From: Tubiluchus corallicola
Taxonomy: Eukaryota > Animalia > Priapulida
Length of the DNA stretch: 64,000 nt
NCBI GenBank assembly: GCA_030141605.1
Contig: JAQGDQ010000238.1
Coordinates: forward strand, 62,001 to 126,000
Reading direction: 5' to 3'
The notes beneath the pieces were generated by a model. The model was not told the DNA's origin and did not search any database. It worked only from the letters and a program-made list of their open reading frames with translations. The stretch's first letter is position 1. Every line of letters starts with the position of its first letter. Below are positions 45,392-58,587 of the stretch, in pieces. The translations under genes and the position numbers were made by a program.

Positions 45392-48300
45392 GTAACAATA
45401 TTAATAAATTTCTTTGATTCGATTTAAAGTAATAGTAAATTTAATATTTTACCCGTTTTCTTTCCATATAATCACGTGCACACAAGATAAAACATCTCTT
45501 AGTTTTCTTATTGAAATAGTCGTTTTAATTGAATGCTACTCGAAAACAAGAACTAAATGTCTAATCTAAAACGCCGTAAAGAAGATTGTTGAACAAAATA
45601 CACTGAAAGTACAAGCGCAATTGTGTCATGCAAGTTTAGAAAGTTTAGGCCAACCTGTCGGGTTTACATATATGCAGCCTAGTAAAGATCGACGAGATGC
45701 AGTATTGAATACGCGCCTGCAGCGAACATACATGCATTACTACAATTGACAGAAGTTTATGAAAAGCCATGCAAACATCGCAAAAATTGTCAAACCAATC
45801 AATTTCCATTATAGCCTAATATTTTATTGTACTACTTATTTGGACAAAATTTTGACTAGTAAGATTTAAAAACATTCGTTACAATTCATTGTAATCGTCG
45901 CAGTTGTGATTTCGTGTTAAATAATTATTAGCTGTCCAATAACAAACTATCGATGGTAATGATAGTTGTGATGAAATATGATGATAAGGATATGACGATA
46001 ATAAAATGATAATGATTTTGATCATGATAGTGAGAATGATGATGATGGTGATAACGATGTTGATAGTGATAACAATAAAAATTAGGACAATAACTAAGAC
46101 AATGATGATAAAACTAGCATCAAATACGATAATCAACTGGCAAAAATTGTGACGATGATGACGACAATGATGACGATGATGATGATGATAATAATGGTTA
46201 CTATAATAGTAATTGCGGCAATAAACATGATTGCGATGGAGTTAAGAATGATAAGATATTTGTGTTTAGCAAAACAGTCTGTTCGATTTTAATAGATGTG
46301 ACATCTATTATTGAAAATGTCAGTAAATCACAGATTACATGGATACATTGATGAAAAATCCTGGTTTTATTTTAAAAACAAAACAGATATTTCGCAACAC
46401 ATTGCCGTTACCTCTTCAGTGCGAATATGAGAAATACGGGAAATTGTTTGAAATGCAAAAATTATACAGAATAACTCCAAAAGGAATATAGAAAAGAGAA
46501 AATTCTGTATAATTTTTGCATTTCAAAATTCACACTAGAGAGGTAACCCGTAATGGATTGTGAAATGAAACATGCGTTTTGTTTTAATAATAAAAACAGG
46601 ATTTTTCATTAATTCAGCCGTGTATCCGTCTAAAACAGTCTGTTTGTGTCTAACGAGCAATTATTTATAACTTAAATATTTTCAGAGTTCGAAACCCATA
46701 ATGGAGAAGAGGCGAAGAGCGAGAATAAATCAAAGTTTAGGAGAATTGAAATCACTGATTCTCGACGCTATGAAAAAAGACGTAAGAATTTAATTTTAGT
46801 TCGTTATCGTATTAAGTCAAATATGTGGGTAAGAGCGTGATAACGCAGATGTGTAATAACGTAAGCATCTTTGAATTAACGGGTATCTCCACGGCAAGCT
46901 AAATCGATTTGAGAAAATTTAACCGTCTCTAAAGAAAAAGTTTTATGACTGTTTGTGACCGTTGAGCATGTCGGTAATACTAACTTCACAAAGCCTTAAA
47001 AACTAACCGACAAGTTATACGACTACATATGTATAGCTTTCCTGAAGACACCCGAGTCAATTTGTAACGGTAAGATCAAGTGATGGATGGGACAACACCA
47101 AAGAAAAGAGACACGTAGCTCCCTAGCATAAGAAATCTGTACAGAATGGAATGTCGAAATAGGAAATGGGATGGCGCCGCCATCTTTCATTGCGGGGGAT
47201 CTTATTGTCACGAGTTGTTTAATGTTGCTATCATCATTACAACTGCACGCGACGCAAGGTTATGTGCAAACCGTCTTACCTGTTACCTGAAAGATGCTGA
47301 CAATAACGATGCTGAGCTCAATGCGTGTTACAATTTATCAACGCTCGCATCTTCTGTCACATCCGCTTCCGGTATGCGAGCCTTTGTCGCCTCTTTTTGT
47401 TGTGCAATTATCAATGGAATAAGAAGATTTTTTCTGTGCTCGCGTTCATTGAGATAATGCAATGGCGGCATGTTTAAGTGTCACTTTTCTTGGCGGATGG
47501 CGTGGGCGTTGAAAGGCCAAGAGAGGGAAAATTGAAAAAAGAGATTTGGTTTGATGCAGTTACCAGTAGCTTTTGAACTGATTCTGGAGTATGATCGTTT
47601 ATAATTGAAAGGACGAGCTTCTGCATAACGCACGAAGAGAATGATGTAATTTAGAGTAGAGAAACTAAGAGGAAACAGATGCTAAGAAATTAATTTTACA
47701 AAAACAAAGTGTTTTTATATTGAAACGGCTTTGAAAAGCAGGCACCTGCAGTAATGCACAAAATGTGTGAGTTCACGCGTGACTAATAGAAAAATATGAT
47801 TGCAAAAGCTACAAAACGCCACTATAGAAAGGGATCATGAAATCATACTTGGACATACAGGGAACGGTTCTGCGGGTGGGTTGCGCGTTTTGGTCTATGC
47901 AAATATTACATTTAGACTTAAAGGAAAACCGAATGATTGTGTAAACATTAGTTCAGAATAAAGAATGCTCTAAAACATTGAAAACTGCAATCGCTATTTT
48001 TAAATCGAAGCTTAGATTAAATAATAATTACCTCTGATACTTAAATTTCGTTAAACTTTCAAAGCTACTTTTTGTCACATTCGCGTGGCCGACAAATAGA
48101 AGGCGGTACCGTGATAAGCATGATCATGAACTGCCGTGTTAGTTCTGGTGTCATATGACGTAGAGCCCATTTTTCGTGACATCATGCGTTTAAACATTAC
48201 AGTAACTCTTACGCAAATGTGCTTAATGCGCAAGGGAAGACGCCTGCCATTGCACAAACTGTGATTAGTTTCTGACGTAAGCAATAGCTGTATTCGGCAG

Positions 48301-50000
48301 CCGTTAATTAACTTTCTAAGCTAATTATTCAAATATAAGGAACAATTGTTAACTTTAATAGGTAAGGAAATGTATATTAAAATAAGGACAGTAAATTAAA
48401 ATAAGATTGAGTCTAAACAATAATCCGGTCTTCCTTTAATAATTTTAGCATTTTATGTAGTTTTTATGGTTTAGAGATCGCAGTATTAACCATGTTATGT
48501 ACGACGATAACATGAATTTTGCTAGGTTGTCTAATACAGAATTTTCAGCCACTTCTGAATTAGTGTTGTATGCATAACTTGCCAATTCTCTTAATGTCTT
48601 TTTAGTAAAGATGTTGACAAATAAATCAATGCCATTTTTACCGTTTTGATTTAAACATAATAGTCCTGAAGATAGCCATTTAAAAATCCTATATTGTCAT
48701 TATCAGTGAAATGTAAAACTGTTTTATAGAGTTCCAGACATTCTAAGTTGGAGAAAGCCGACATTTTGGAACTAACAGTTAAACACCTCCAGTCTTTGCA
48801 ACGTCAGCAAATGGCAGGTAAGCCATATACTTCGACTTTTGCAACTTCGACTTTAAATGTTTGGTTGACATAAATCATTCTTTCAATCTTAGAATATCAA
48901 TAGAACTAGAAAACGCTTTTTATACCGAAGGATAGTAAACGGAGTACTTCATGATTAATTTTGCTGTAGAGGGCATGATCTAAAGCGAAGGGTATGGAAC
49001 GGGATAGGGCGCCTGATTTTCGCCTGGATGACTACGGGTTCGATATCAGGGCTGGATCATATCAAAGATCTTAAAAATTATATCTGTTGCTTCACTGCCT
49101 AGCACTTGGTGTTAGGATAAAACGGGTTAGTAATAATTTCTGTTATGGCGGTGGAGTTTGTTATTTAGAGTCTGCCATGAAAGCCTGATAGTTTGTGTTG
49201 TCTGTTGCATTTCAAGCCGACTCTATTATTATACCTGATTTTTTTCTATAGTTGCAGTAAACCAGGATCCATCTGTGTTAAGCAAGTATCGAGCGGGCTA
49301 CAATCACTGTGCGACCGAGGTGGCGAGATACTTGTCCAGCGTTGATGGTCTGGATGCCAATGTCAGGACGCAGCTCATTAGTCACCTATCCTCAAATATG
49401 CGAGCTCTTGATGCTCATGTACAGTACAATGCAACCGTAGGAGCTGTTAGTCCTGTTCAAGTCCATGTGCCAAATGGTGTTCCAACTGTTAACTTTACTC
49501 CCCAGGTTCCGTACACAGTGAACGTCGTCCCCAAGGTACAATATACATCAGATAACAATGGCACACCACAGTTCTATAGCAGCGTTGGAGTGCAGTTGAT
49601 ACCAAGCACCTTACCAACAGGAGAAATTGCCTTTGTGTTACCCAGTCCGCAATTGAACTCAACTTCAATGCCCATCAGGCAGAACACCCAGAGAACAGAG
49701 TCAAATGAAATACTTCCACCTTCACCAGCATCATCATCGTTCCTGTCGGCATCACCATCATCGTCGTCATCATCGCCTCCATCGACATCGTCATCTTCGT
49801 CATCGCCAGCTTTTTTATTTTCAGTACCAACGACAACATCTGTGACAATAACGAATAATCTTAGCCCTAGTAGCAGTGGTGCAAGTTTGTCTGTTTGCTC
49901 TTCTGTGTGTTCTCCTTCAAAGTTACAAACAGTTAATACAAAGCAGAGTAACTGTCGTTTAGTCAATGTAAAAGAAGAAAACATGTGGCGCCCCTGGTGA
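45323..50000 (+). CDS. HES1: hairy/Hes1-class bHLH-Orange transcriptional repressor, 333 aa; join 45323-45391, 46686-46781, 48730-48817, 49252-50000
   Basis: b[60 protein letters not shown], Orange domain [17 protein letters not shown]...RTQLISHL, hairy HC-like motif [20 protein letters not shown]-terminal WRPW. All introns GT-AG, phases 0,0,1. Confidence 0.97.
45955..46200. repeat. Imperfect (GAT)n tract in Hes intron 1
   Basis: Read directly. Confidence 0.8.
46330..46630. mobile_element. Foldback/MITE-like palindrome in Hes intron 1
   Basis: Perfect 26-bp inner arms at 46447-46472 and 46502-46527, with imperfect outer arms (ATGAAAAATCCTG / CAGGATTTTTCAT; GTTACCTCT / AGAGGTAAC). Confidence 0.8.
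46686..46781 (+). CDS. HES1: Hes exon 2 (basic region and helix 1)
   Basis: ttttcag|AGT...GAC|GTAAGA, 96 nt. Confidence 0.96.
48730..48817 (+). CDS. HES1: Hes exon 3 (loop and helix 2)
   Basis: ttttatag|AGT...GCA G|GTAAGC, 88 nt. Confidence 0.96.
48995..49135 (+). mobile_element. tRNA-derived SINE (MetaSINE-like central domain) in Hes intron 3
   Basis: A-box-like GGATAGGGCG and B-box GGGTTCGATATC, then GGATCATATCAAAGATCTTAAAAAT...TGCTTCACTGCCTAGCACT resembling a widespread metazoan SINE core. The family assignment is from memory. Confidence 0.6.
49252..50000 (+). CDS. HES1: Hes exon 4 (Orange domain, Ser/Pro-rich region, WRPW)
   Basis: tttttttctatag|TT; open to TGA at 50000. Confidence 0.96.
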
Positions 50001-51420
50001 ATATTAGACCAAATTATACCTCTTTGTTGCAGCTCTTTATACAGTAGATCTTTATAATGTTAATGTGTAATAAGATACAACAATAAGATAATATAACAGA
50101 TAATTTAGGTTTATTATACGTCTTAGAAGTTTGGATCCCATTTTCGTTGTTAACTTTTGCTGTAGTGCTTTACTTTAAGAGTTGTTGTAAACTAGTAATT
50201 TCAATTATTAAAAGTAATTTCTAATTATTTTATTTTAATCGTGTAGATTGCACATCCGAAATGGGACATGAAATCCTCAAATGCCTCTGTTTATAGTAGC
50301 CAGTTTTGTAGTGAAATTATAGTGAGGTTTATTAATAGTTCATAAAAAAATCCTACTTCATTAAAGTGAGGATTTCAAATTATTGTTAAGCGACTCATTT
50401 TCCATATGTTCGAATTAATATGACAGATATGACTGTCTATCTCACACAATCTGATATATTTATAACTGTTTACAGTGATACAGTTTACTTTCTGTTGCAT
50501 AAAGTGATATATAGGGGTGTTATTATGAAGGCATATGTTTGTGTAGCTATAAATTATTCCAGGTTTAATACTATGATGTTTGTTCCTTATCAAACATGTT
50601 AAAGTTACTCTGATTTATTCAATAGAATTTTAATGGTAGCTGCTTGTTATAGGACACACAAATTTAGAGAAGTATTACTAGTAAGACTTCGGTGTTTTTT
50701 ATTGAATATTAATATGTAAATTAAATGTTTTAAATTATCTTTTGAATTAAAAGAGATTTTGTTAAAAGTTAATGCAATGTTGTTATTTTAGAGGGTCATG
50801 CAGGTGCACGTATGTATGGCATCAATCAAAATTAATGATTAAGAGCAGAACTTGTTAAATAAGCAGATCAAATTTAGGATATAAAAAGCTACTATTATTC
50901 TTATTTTTTATCTAGGAGAACATGCGCTGATTTTTCATTACGATTATACTGAAATGTAATCATATACGCTGATTATATTATGCGTCTAGCTTCCCACTTT
51001 GCAATTCACGTTAACGCAGAGAGCTAGAGTCACGGAAGACAGGTTGGGGTAGGGGCACTGACAATGGTATGATTTAAAAAAAACTGATTGTGTTTAAGGG
51101 TTCGAAATTGGAGCTGGAACGTGAAAATTTGCGCATCCAGTTCTAACTCATGTTAACTTGCAAACGAAGCAGGCTGTAGTTGCAAGATTTGCAGGGTAAG
51201 ATACCAGTGGTAGAGCTTTTGAAATTAAATGATGAACGGTGACCTGAACCGAGGCGTCAAGGACACTGGACGTCGGTGAATTTTTCAATTGTCGTCAACT
51301 CTGCCAAAGGCTTTGAGGTAATTTTTTAAGTATTGAGGTGCTATGAGGTAGTTGTCTACCCTGGCTTTTATAAAGCTGGGCTTCTTTAAGGGCCGAAATA
51401 GGAACAAGAAAATTTATAAC

Positions 51421-51482
51421 CAGAACAGCACAACTTTATTAAAACTTCGAATTGGAAGTTTTAATAAAGTTGTGTTGTTTTG
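51421..51482 (+). other. 62-nt hairpin (20-bp perfect stem extendable to 28 bp with two G-U pairs, 6-nt loop)
   Basis: CACAACTTTATTAAAACTTC-gaattg-GAAGTTTTAATAAAGTTGTG. Confidence 0.85.
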
Positions 51483-52321
51483 CCAATAAATGCTCTAATG
51501 TACCTGTAATGAAAAAATTGACTTGGAGTCAAAAATGCTTGACCATTGAAATTCACAAAACCTACGTGGTAGACATCTGAGATAAGGGTTCCAATAATCC
51601 TGTGGCTATACAACTTGAAATTGTGTGCGGGTCTGAAAGAGGAGCCAAAATGTAAAAATTACAACTTTGAGTTTCAATTTATATTAACTCGTAAGCGCAG
51701 AGGTTTATAGTCACGAAATTTGCAGGAGCAGTGTAGATGTCTGGAGTTGGAGATATATAAAATTTATGGTGATCAGTGATCTCAGTCAAAGGGTCAAGGA
51801 CACACTCTTCCTAGGCCTTCGAGTTTAATCCAGTTTTTCTGGTATTTTAGATATTCTGGATAATAATCTACAACCACACTCGGCCAGGTATAATCACCTA
51901 TAAACAAGGTCACGGCGTTACGCTCGCAGATTTAGATCTGAATCCATTCAGTCTTGTTGCTATTTTGAAGAAATAAGGCGAATGATAATGAATTCGGCAT
52001 GATGCTCCGCTGGTGTGCCATCAGAAATTGAAATTTAGTACTTTATAAGAACAAGAAGTAAAAACAGTTCCAAAAATAATTTCAAGCTGCTAGTGCATTT
52101 TCAAAAGTCTGCAGATTCTTTCACAAGTTTCCAACAGGAAAAATGTCTGTAAAGCTTGAACATCACTCAGTTTTTTTGAAGTGTGAATGGAGACTCTCAA
52201 TCTTGATGCTTCCACAGAGTGAATGAGGGTTTGCAATTGCCACGTGCAGTTTAAGTAGTACTTCATTGCAAACTTGAGCAACCCAAACCTGAGTAATAAG
52301 GTAGAAAAGGTATGTTTGTGT

Positions 52322-52355
52322 AATAATGATGATGATGATGATGATGATGATGATA

Positions 52356-52433
<78 letters not shown>

Positions 52434-52500
52434 GCAATAATAATAAAGATAATAATAATAATAATAATAACAATAACAACAACAATAATAATAATAATAA
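52322..52500. repeat. (GAT)n(AAT)n microsatellite
   Basis: Read directly. Confidence 0.97.
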
Positions 52501-55500
52501 TTTGCAGCAAAGGCAAAACAAACATTCTTGTATTTTATTAGCATGAGATGGCTGTACAGTTGTCGTTTTCGTTGCTGTGTCTTTGTCGATGTCATTGCCG
52601 TTGCTGTTGCTGCTGCTGCTTCATTTTTGTTAATATTTGATGGATGACAGGCAGTGGATCTGTTTGAGGATTTAGTTCCTTGCTGTTATCCGTAGCACAG
52701 TGGTAGGCACAACTTTCGTATTGATCATGGCTATATAATTTTACTGTTTACTTTTTCTCGTGTATAAAATGTATATATTTATTTTTGTGCATAATAAATA
52801 CTAAATAAATAATAAATTATTCAATAACATCCATTTTGCATTAATGTCAACCCAGCTAGCAACATTTTGTATCTAAAAGCTATACGTTTTTATTTATCAC
52901 ACAAATCATGTGGTACATGCATGTCTGATCCACTCATCTCCGCGTACCTTACATGTATTTGTTTTTCGTCTACCTGCCAGTTTGGTTAAAATTTAAAAAA
53001 AGCATCACGGTTTAGAGAACGAATAGGTCGTGGGAACGTTTGTTGCAGCCCCCGGGCTAAAAATCATGCAGACTTGCATGCGCACGTATGTGAAACAGTT
53101 GAAACCGGAGTAAGCGGTTGACTTTAAAATGAAAGTTATACAATTCTTGGCGACTGCAATTGCTGTAACGTAATCTTATTAACATTACAATACTTATTAA
53201 TACAAAAGCAGTATAAACTACAAATAACATTTAAGGCGAAGAAAGATAGAAAACTATTTTACATTAAGTCCACACTAGTCGAGTGCAGAATACTTGTAAA
53301 GAGAACTTCTAAAATTACTTAGTTTTGAGGAACCATTTAATTATAATTGGGCTTACAGTCATTATTAACTCACTATTTTGCAAAATTCTGCAATTATGAA
53401 TTGAGTTAATTTCCGTTATCGATTACATGATTAATTTCATTACAAAAGTATCAGTTGCTATTAAAATACAATTTGTAGTATAATTCACGATTTTTCGGTG
53501 CCATAATATTGCTTGAACGGTATCTAAATTTTTAGTGTTCTGCATTCTTACAAAATGTATGCCAATTGTTTATATATGTCTCAAAATTTAAAGTTGGAAA
53601 ATTGTTATGGCAAGAAGAAATTTTAATCGTTAGCAGGCAACGGCTGATACGCCATTTTTACGAAAAATGATATATACTTGTACACAATGAGAAATTCTAC
53701 GCTTTTGAACACGTGAAAAAGAGACTTTACTACTTATCCAAAAAACATTTGAAAATTTATACATGTAAGAAAAATGTCTATAAGCGAAAAAGAATTGACT
53801 GGTTTAAGTGGTGTAATTCAAAACGCCGAAGGAAACGTCGCTACTAATTCATGCAATTTGTTTGCCAGAGTTTGTTGGTACTTTAAACAAGAGATTACAA
53901 GTTCGAGTGATTTATCGCTGCCAGATTTTCATAAACTATACAAATAAACAAGCAAAATTTTTGGTGAAAAGCATGAGTGCACACTTCTAGAGTCTTGTAA
54001 GTTTGGAATTCTTGCAGTAGCAACTCGCTACTTTGATCGGCTAAACAATCACATTAAGAGGGTGTTATCGAATGATCCAGGGTGACTTGGTATTTGAAAA
54101 TGATAAGAGCGATTAAACTTGAGCATGAAAACTACACTCGGTGCTGTGGGAAAAGTAAACAATCTACGCGTGAGACGTGCTCTTCTTCTTAACGCAAACA
54201 GTTAGGCCTACAAACTAAAACAGATTTATAATTGCTGCTAGATAATCGGTATTATACGGTAAGGATGGTACCCGGAACAAACCTCATAAAACATGGCGGC
54301 CAGAAACAGGACATGATTGACATGTTATTTCAACCTTTAGAATGTGATGTTGGTCTTTTGCTCATACAAATTATATGTTATAGAGTATTCACGGCAACTA
54401 TAACCCTTTTCTAGTATTATTTAGTGTTTTTTTATTTTTGCTTACGTATGCACAGTGCTTTGATAAGCTTGATATATTATTCGCATATGTAAACATTTCG
54501 CAGGACTAATCAAACCGGTAACATATATATTATTTTGTCACACAAGTCATGTAGGATACTGGTGATTTGTAAAATAGGTCCTTTGTCCGCAAATCCTTTC
54601 AACGACTGTTGACTGATACACTGTTTTTGTGGGATGATAACTACTAATTCCTTGAAGAGTAGTTTTTGACTGTTGCTCCTTTATACTTATAAAATGTAAT
54701 AAACAACAGAAGTCCAGGACTGTAATGGGAACATTTTTTCAAACGACACTTTACCAAGAAGCCTACAACTTTAATTAGGTCCTCTACACCTGCATGAGGT
54801 TACTATAGTTCTATACCTAAGTGTTCTGTGCATCGATACCTAAGTGTATAACTTTTATACGGATTTTCGATCTAAAAGGTCGGGGTAAAGGGAAGCACGA
54901 TTTGGTATACAAATCGTTAGGTAAGCTGATGATCGCCTTATGCTAAAGTAAAGCTAAACGTTTGTATCTGAACAAAAAACATTACAGATAATAAAACCTT
55001 GGCCATAAATACATGCGGTTTTTACGGCAAGTCATGCAGATGTAGTCACCATATCCAGAATATATTACGTATAATATTTTACTGCAACGTTTATGGCAAC
55101 TTCAAAGTATCAAATGACTGGTTCCTAGCTACTCAAGAACCGTGTATTCGTATGCTTGCCCCTGGCTTAGACTAGTATTAAACAAATCTATATAATAGAA
55201 AACAGTCAAAATTCCACTAGACATGAAAGAGTTATTTGTCAGTGGCCATGTTCACCTGAAAATGATTGAGCCACGCCCCTTATGCCGGCAGGTCATAAAA
55301 TCAAAGGGTTATTCCTTTTTCTACTTTACTTGTGTACGTGCAGTCTTTCAGAGCAATTTTACTTTGCTGCAATGAAATATTAAAATTTAAAAATCTACGT
55401 GTAACCCTGATAGCATTGGTTAAGCGCAAGAGGCAGGTCCGGATCGAATGAGCTCTTTTTGGCTAGAAATGAACATCGTAATTAAATATCTTCGTGTAAT

Positions 55501-57663
55501 CGTACATGCCACGTAAGTTATTCTGCATAGTCTCTCCGAAAGTTGTGACGACCCTTAGTGTTTCAAAATGGAGTTAGGAAGTTACTTGGAGACAGTTAGA
55601 TAATTATTGTTATCAACGAGTATTTTGCTAATAAATTTTACACATTTTTGCAGGTGTCATCGTTGCCAAAAGAGAAAAAGCTAATATTGTTTGGTAGGCC
55701 TAAATACTACTTTTGCTGAGTCGTAGTCTGGTCTACAGGCGAGACTTTTAACGGGATGTTTATTGCCACGTGCATCACTTTTAGATGGTCACCGCTTTTG
55801 GATATTGCAAGTCACTTTTCAGATATATATTATTATAAAATTTGGTTTATCGTCTTTCATTAACCACCGAAAAAGTACTTTAGAGGTTTAGGTTAGGGGT
55901 ATATTTTAATAATTGTTGAATTACGACGGCAGCTAAATTTTATTTTAAAACATTTTTATATAACTACTGATACAGTGGCAGTTAAAATTTTAATAAATAA
56001 AATGCGGCTGGTAAAGTGCATGTACTTTTATCACAAAGTCAATTCAATGTAATATGAATACGTAGAACCATGACAAAACTTTAAATGTGTTAATATTTAG
56101 CAATTATAAGTTTCCCGTTATTTGCAGCGGATAGGGAGCAACTGCATTGAAATCTTAATCCTTCTAACGCTATGCCATTCACCAACCAGTTCCCTGAATC
56201 CACGATAAAAAATTATCCCCTCTTGTCTGGTAATGCCAAAATGTTCTCGTAAGTAAGTTAGCTCAAAATTTTATTGACGCTACGACAAGATTTTCCCCTG
56301 ACCGGCCGCAATAGTTTTCATTTCTCTTCCCGTTTGTTTCCATCATTATTATGTACATGGAGTACGTGTGTTTGTATGAATATGTGCAAATCACACGCTT
56401 GCTTTAATTATCTTTCTGATTTTTTTGCTGTATTTACTTTAGTTTCAATTATAATCATGCTATTTGGTTTCAATGATGCTGTAAATATCTGACGAGTATC
56501 ATCAGCCTCATTGCCATCCTTTAAAAAATGTGTTCATTTGAAAAATGAAAATGTTTATAAAAATGTGTATGTAGCCAGGTAATATACTCTATACGAGTCT
56601 TACGTTTATCAGAACAGAGCTTTCCGTCTGGGTTATTATTGCAGTAGGATATACGCAGAAAAGGCACACGTTTAGATTCAAAAGAAGATGGAATGCCTCC
56701 TTTTCTCAGCCAAAGAAAGGAAGCTGTTAACTCGCGCGTATTTTCTCACAGTTTGTCATATTTTCGCAGGTACAACTGTTACCCGCTCTTTTATATGAAA
56801 CGAAAGAGTGTCTTCAGACGCCTCGCGTGTGTGCTTTGACGATTCTGCATCTTTCTTCTAGCCGACCTCTGGTCATATCTAAACACATTATCCGTCTTGT
56901 CTACCACAAAGAACATTTTTGGGCAACTCCAGCATCAACGGGTTGTCAGTGAATTTCATAATCACAAACCGGCCCTACGTAAAAATAATGTCATAAACAG
57001 AAAGTTAAATATTAAACAAAAGAAACTCTGGTAAATATAAAATGTTTTTTATATCCAAATTATACTACTAGTACACATCGAATGAATAAATAAATAATTA
57101 TTAAAGATACGCCATTTTGCTCTTTTTTACTTTTAAAACGTTTAAAATATTTTGAAGTCAGTGGCTTATTGCAGCGCGCCAGTTCTTGTTTGCTTAGAGC
57201 GCTGTTAGAACTCTACAATGTTTACACTGCTTATTTGGGTGGTTTTGCATTGTGAATGCAGTGCAAGGGAGGAGAGTTGTGATAATAATACCTGATGCCG
57301 ACCGCACAATCCGTCAGAAACCGGATCGTTCTGTCGACAAACGGTAACCGCCAAATGTTTGTAAAATTAGTATTCAATTTGAATTATTGCAGCGAGGTTT
57401 TTGCGTTATTAATCAGCCTAGGGCTTGTTTACAATGCCTAACTTGGATTACCAACATTACAGTGAACATTTGCATAAAAATATGTAAATTAACTGAACGT
57501 GAAGCAGTGAATAAACGAACCAAAATTAAACAAACGAATTAGCAACTAGGCGAGTGTTTAATACATTTCACAATGATTTTCAAAATTCATTTCATATCAA
57601 AAGAAATCTTTGTGTCGAAGGTGGAGGAGCCATTGCTATCTAGCCAGCTTCCTGCAACATTAT

Positions 57664-57965
57664 TTAAAATCCTACTAAATCCTCACTGTAATATAAGCTT
57701 TTACAACTTAAAATCCTACTCTAAAAACGAATATTCAATTTATTTTATTACAAATTTCCTTTTATTGTATTTGTAAGTTATTTGTAAAACTTTTTTGTTT
57801 TGATTTTTGAGCTATTCACTTCGTTGTTAGCGGTATTAAATTTGAAGAACCGCCATTTTTCGTTGCACGAGACTAATGACGTAATGACGAGGTCACGAGG
57901 TCACCAAAGATCGGTAAACAAACATCGGTAACCAAAGACGCTTTCAGTACCTTATACGTCATTCT
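57664..57965. mobile_element. Second, 3'-truncated or divergent copy of the 24918-25369 element
   Basis: Same orientation; long shared blocks. Confidence 0.75.
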
Positions 57966-58587
57966 TGCTCACTGCGTCTTGCTGTACCTTGTACGTTGTA
58001 CGTCATCGCGCCACAGCGTGCATATGTTTAGGACGAAAATCATAAACATATGCATAATCATTTAGACTTGTACATAAAATCACAGTAAGAATTACGCCAA
58101 TTTGACAACAATAAAAGAAAAGTATGACCGGTGTTGTGGATCATAATAAGGCGCAAGTAAAATGCAGCCACGCCCTTGCAATTTTTTAAAACATGCGTCA
58201 AAAAGAAATATTTCAAAAGCATCAATGAAAATATTAAAGTACATAACTTGATAATGGTGGTCATTCACGTTTTTTTCCTCTGTAATCGGAATAAAAATGC
58301 GACTGCGTTTTGACTCTTACCGAACACATAATGATCACGATGTTTTTAATTCCCGCCCCAGTTCATCATTCACCCTCCGCCTCCTCTCACACCATTTAAT
58401 ATATTTACTATTTCCATGTCATTATTTTTTAACTTTTGTTTTTTTTTACTTCATGATTTCCTCGTACAGCAGCTATGCTCTTAGAATAAGTATGTCAAGC
58501 TACGCTATGCATAACATTGTGTATTTGCCAGTTAACTAAGTGTCTTCTATACTTCTATAGTTCTGAACAACTATATATCTGTATTGT

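Noticed and set aside
49574-49984. 136-aa acidic antisense ORF
   Set aside because: Shadow of the Ser-rich Hes exon 4 (TCA/TCG codons read as Asp on the opposite strand).
50001-50800. Brd/K/GY-box or miR-9 sites in the Hes 3' UTR
   Set aside because: I did not find exact AGCTTTA, TGTGAT, GTCTTCC or ACCAAAG matches by eye.
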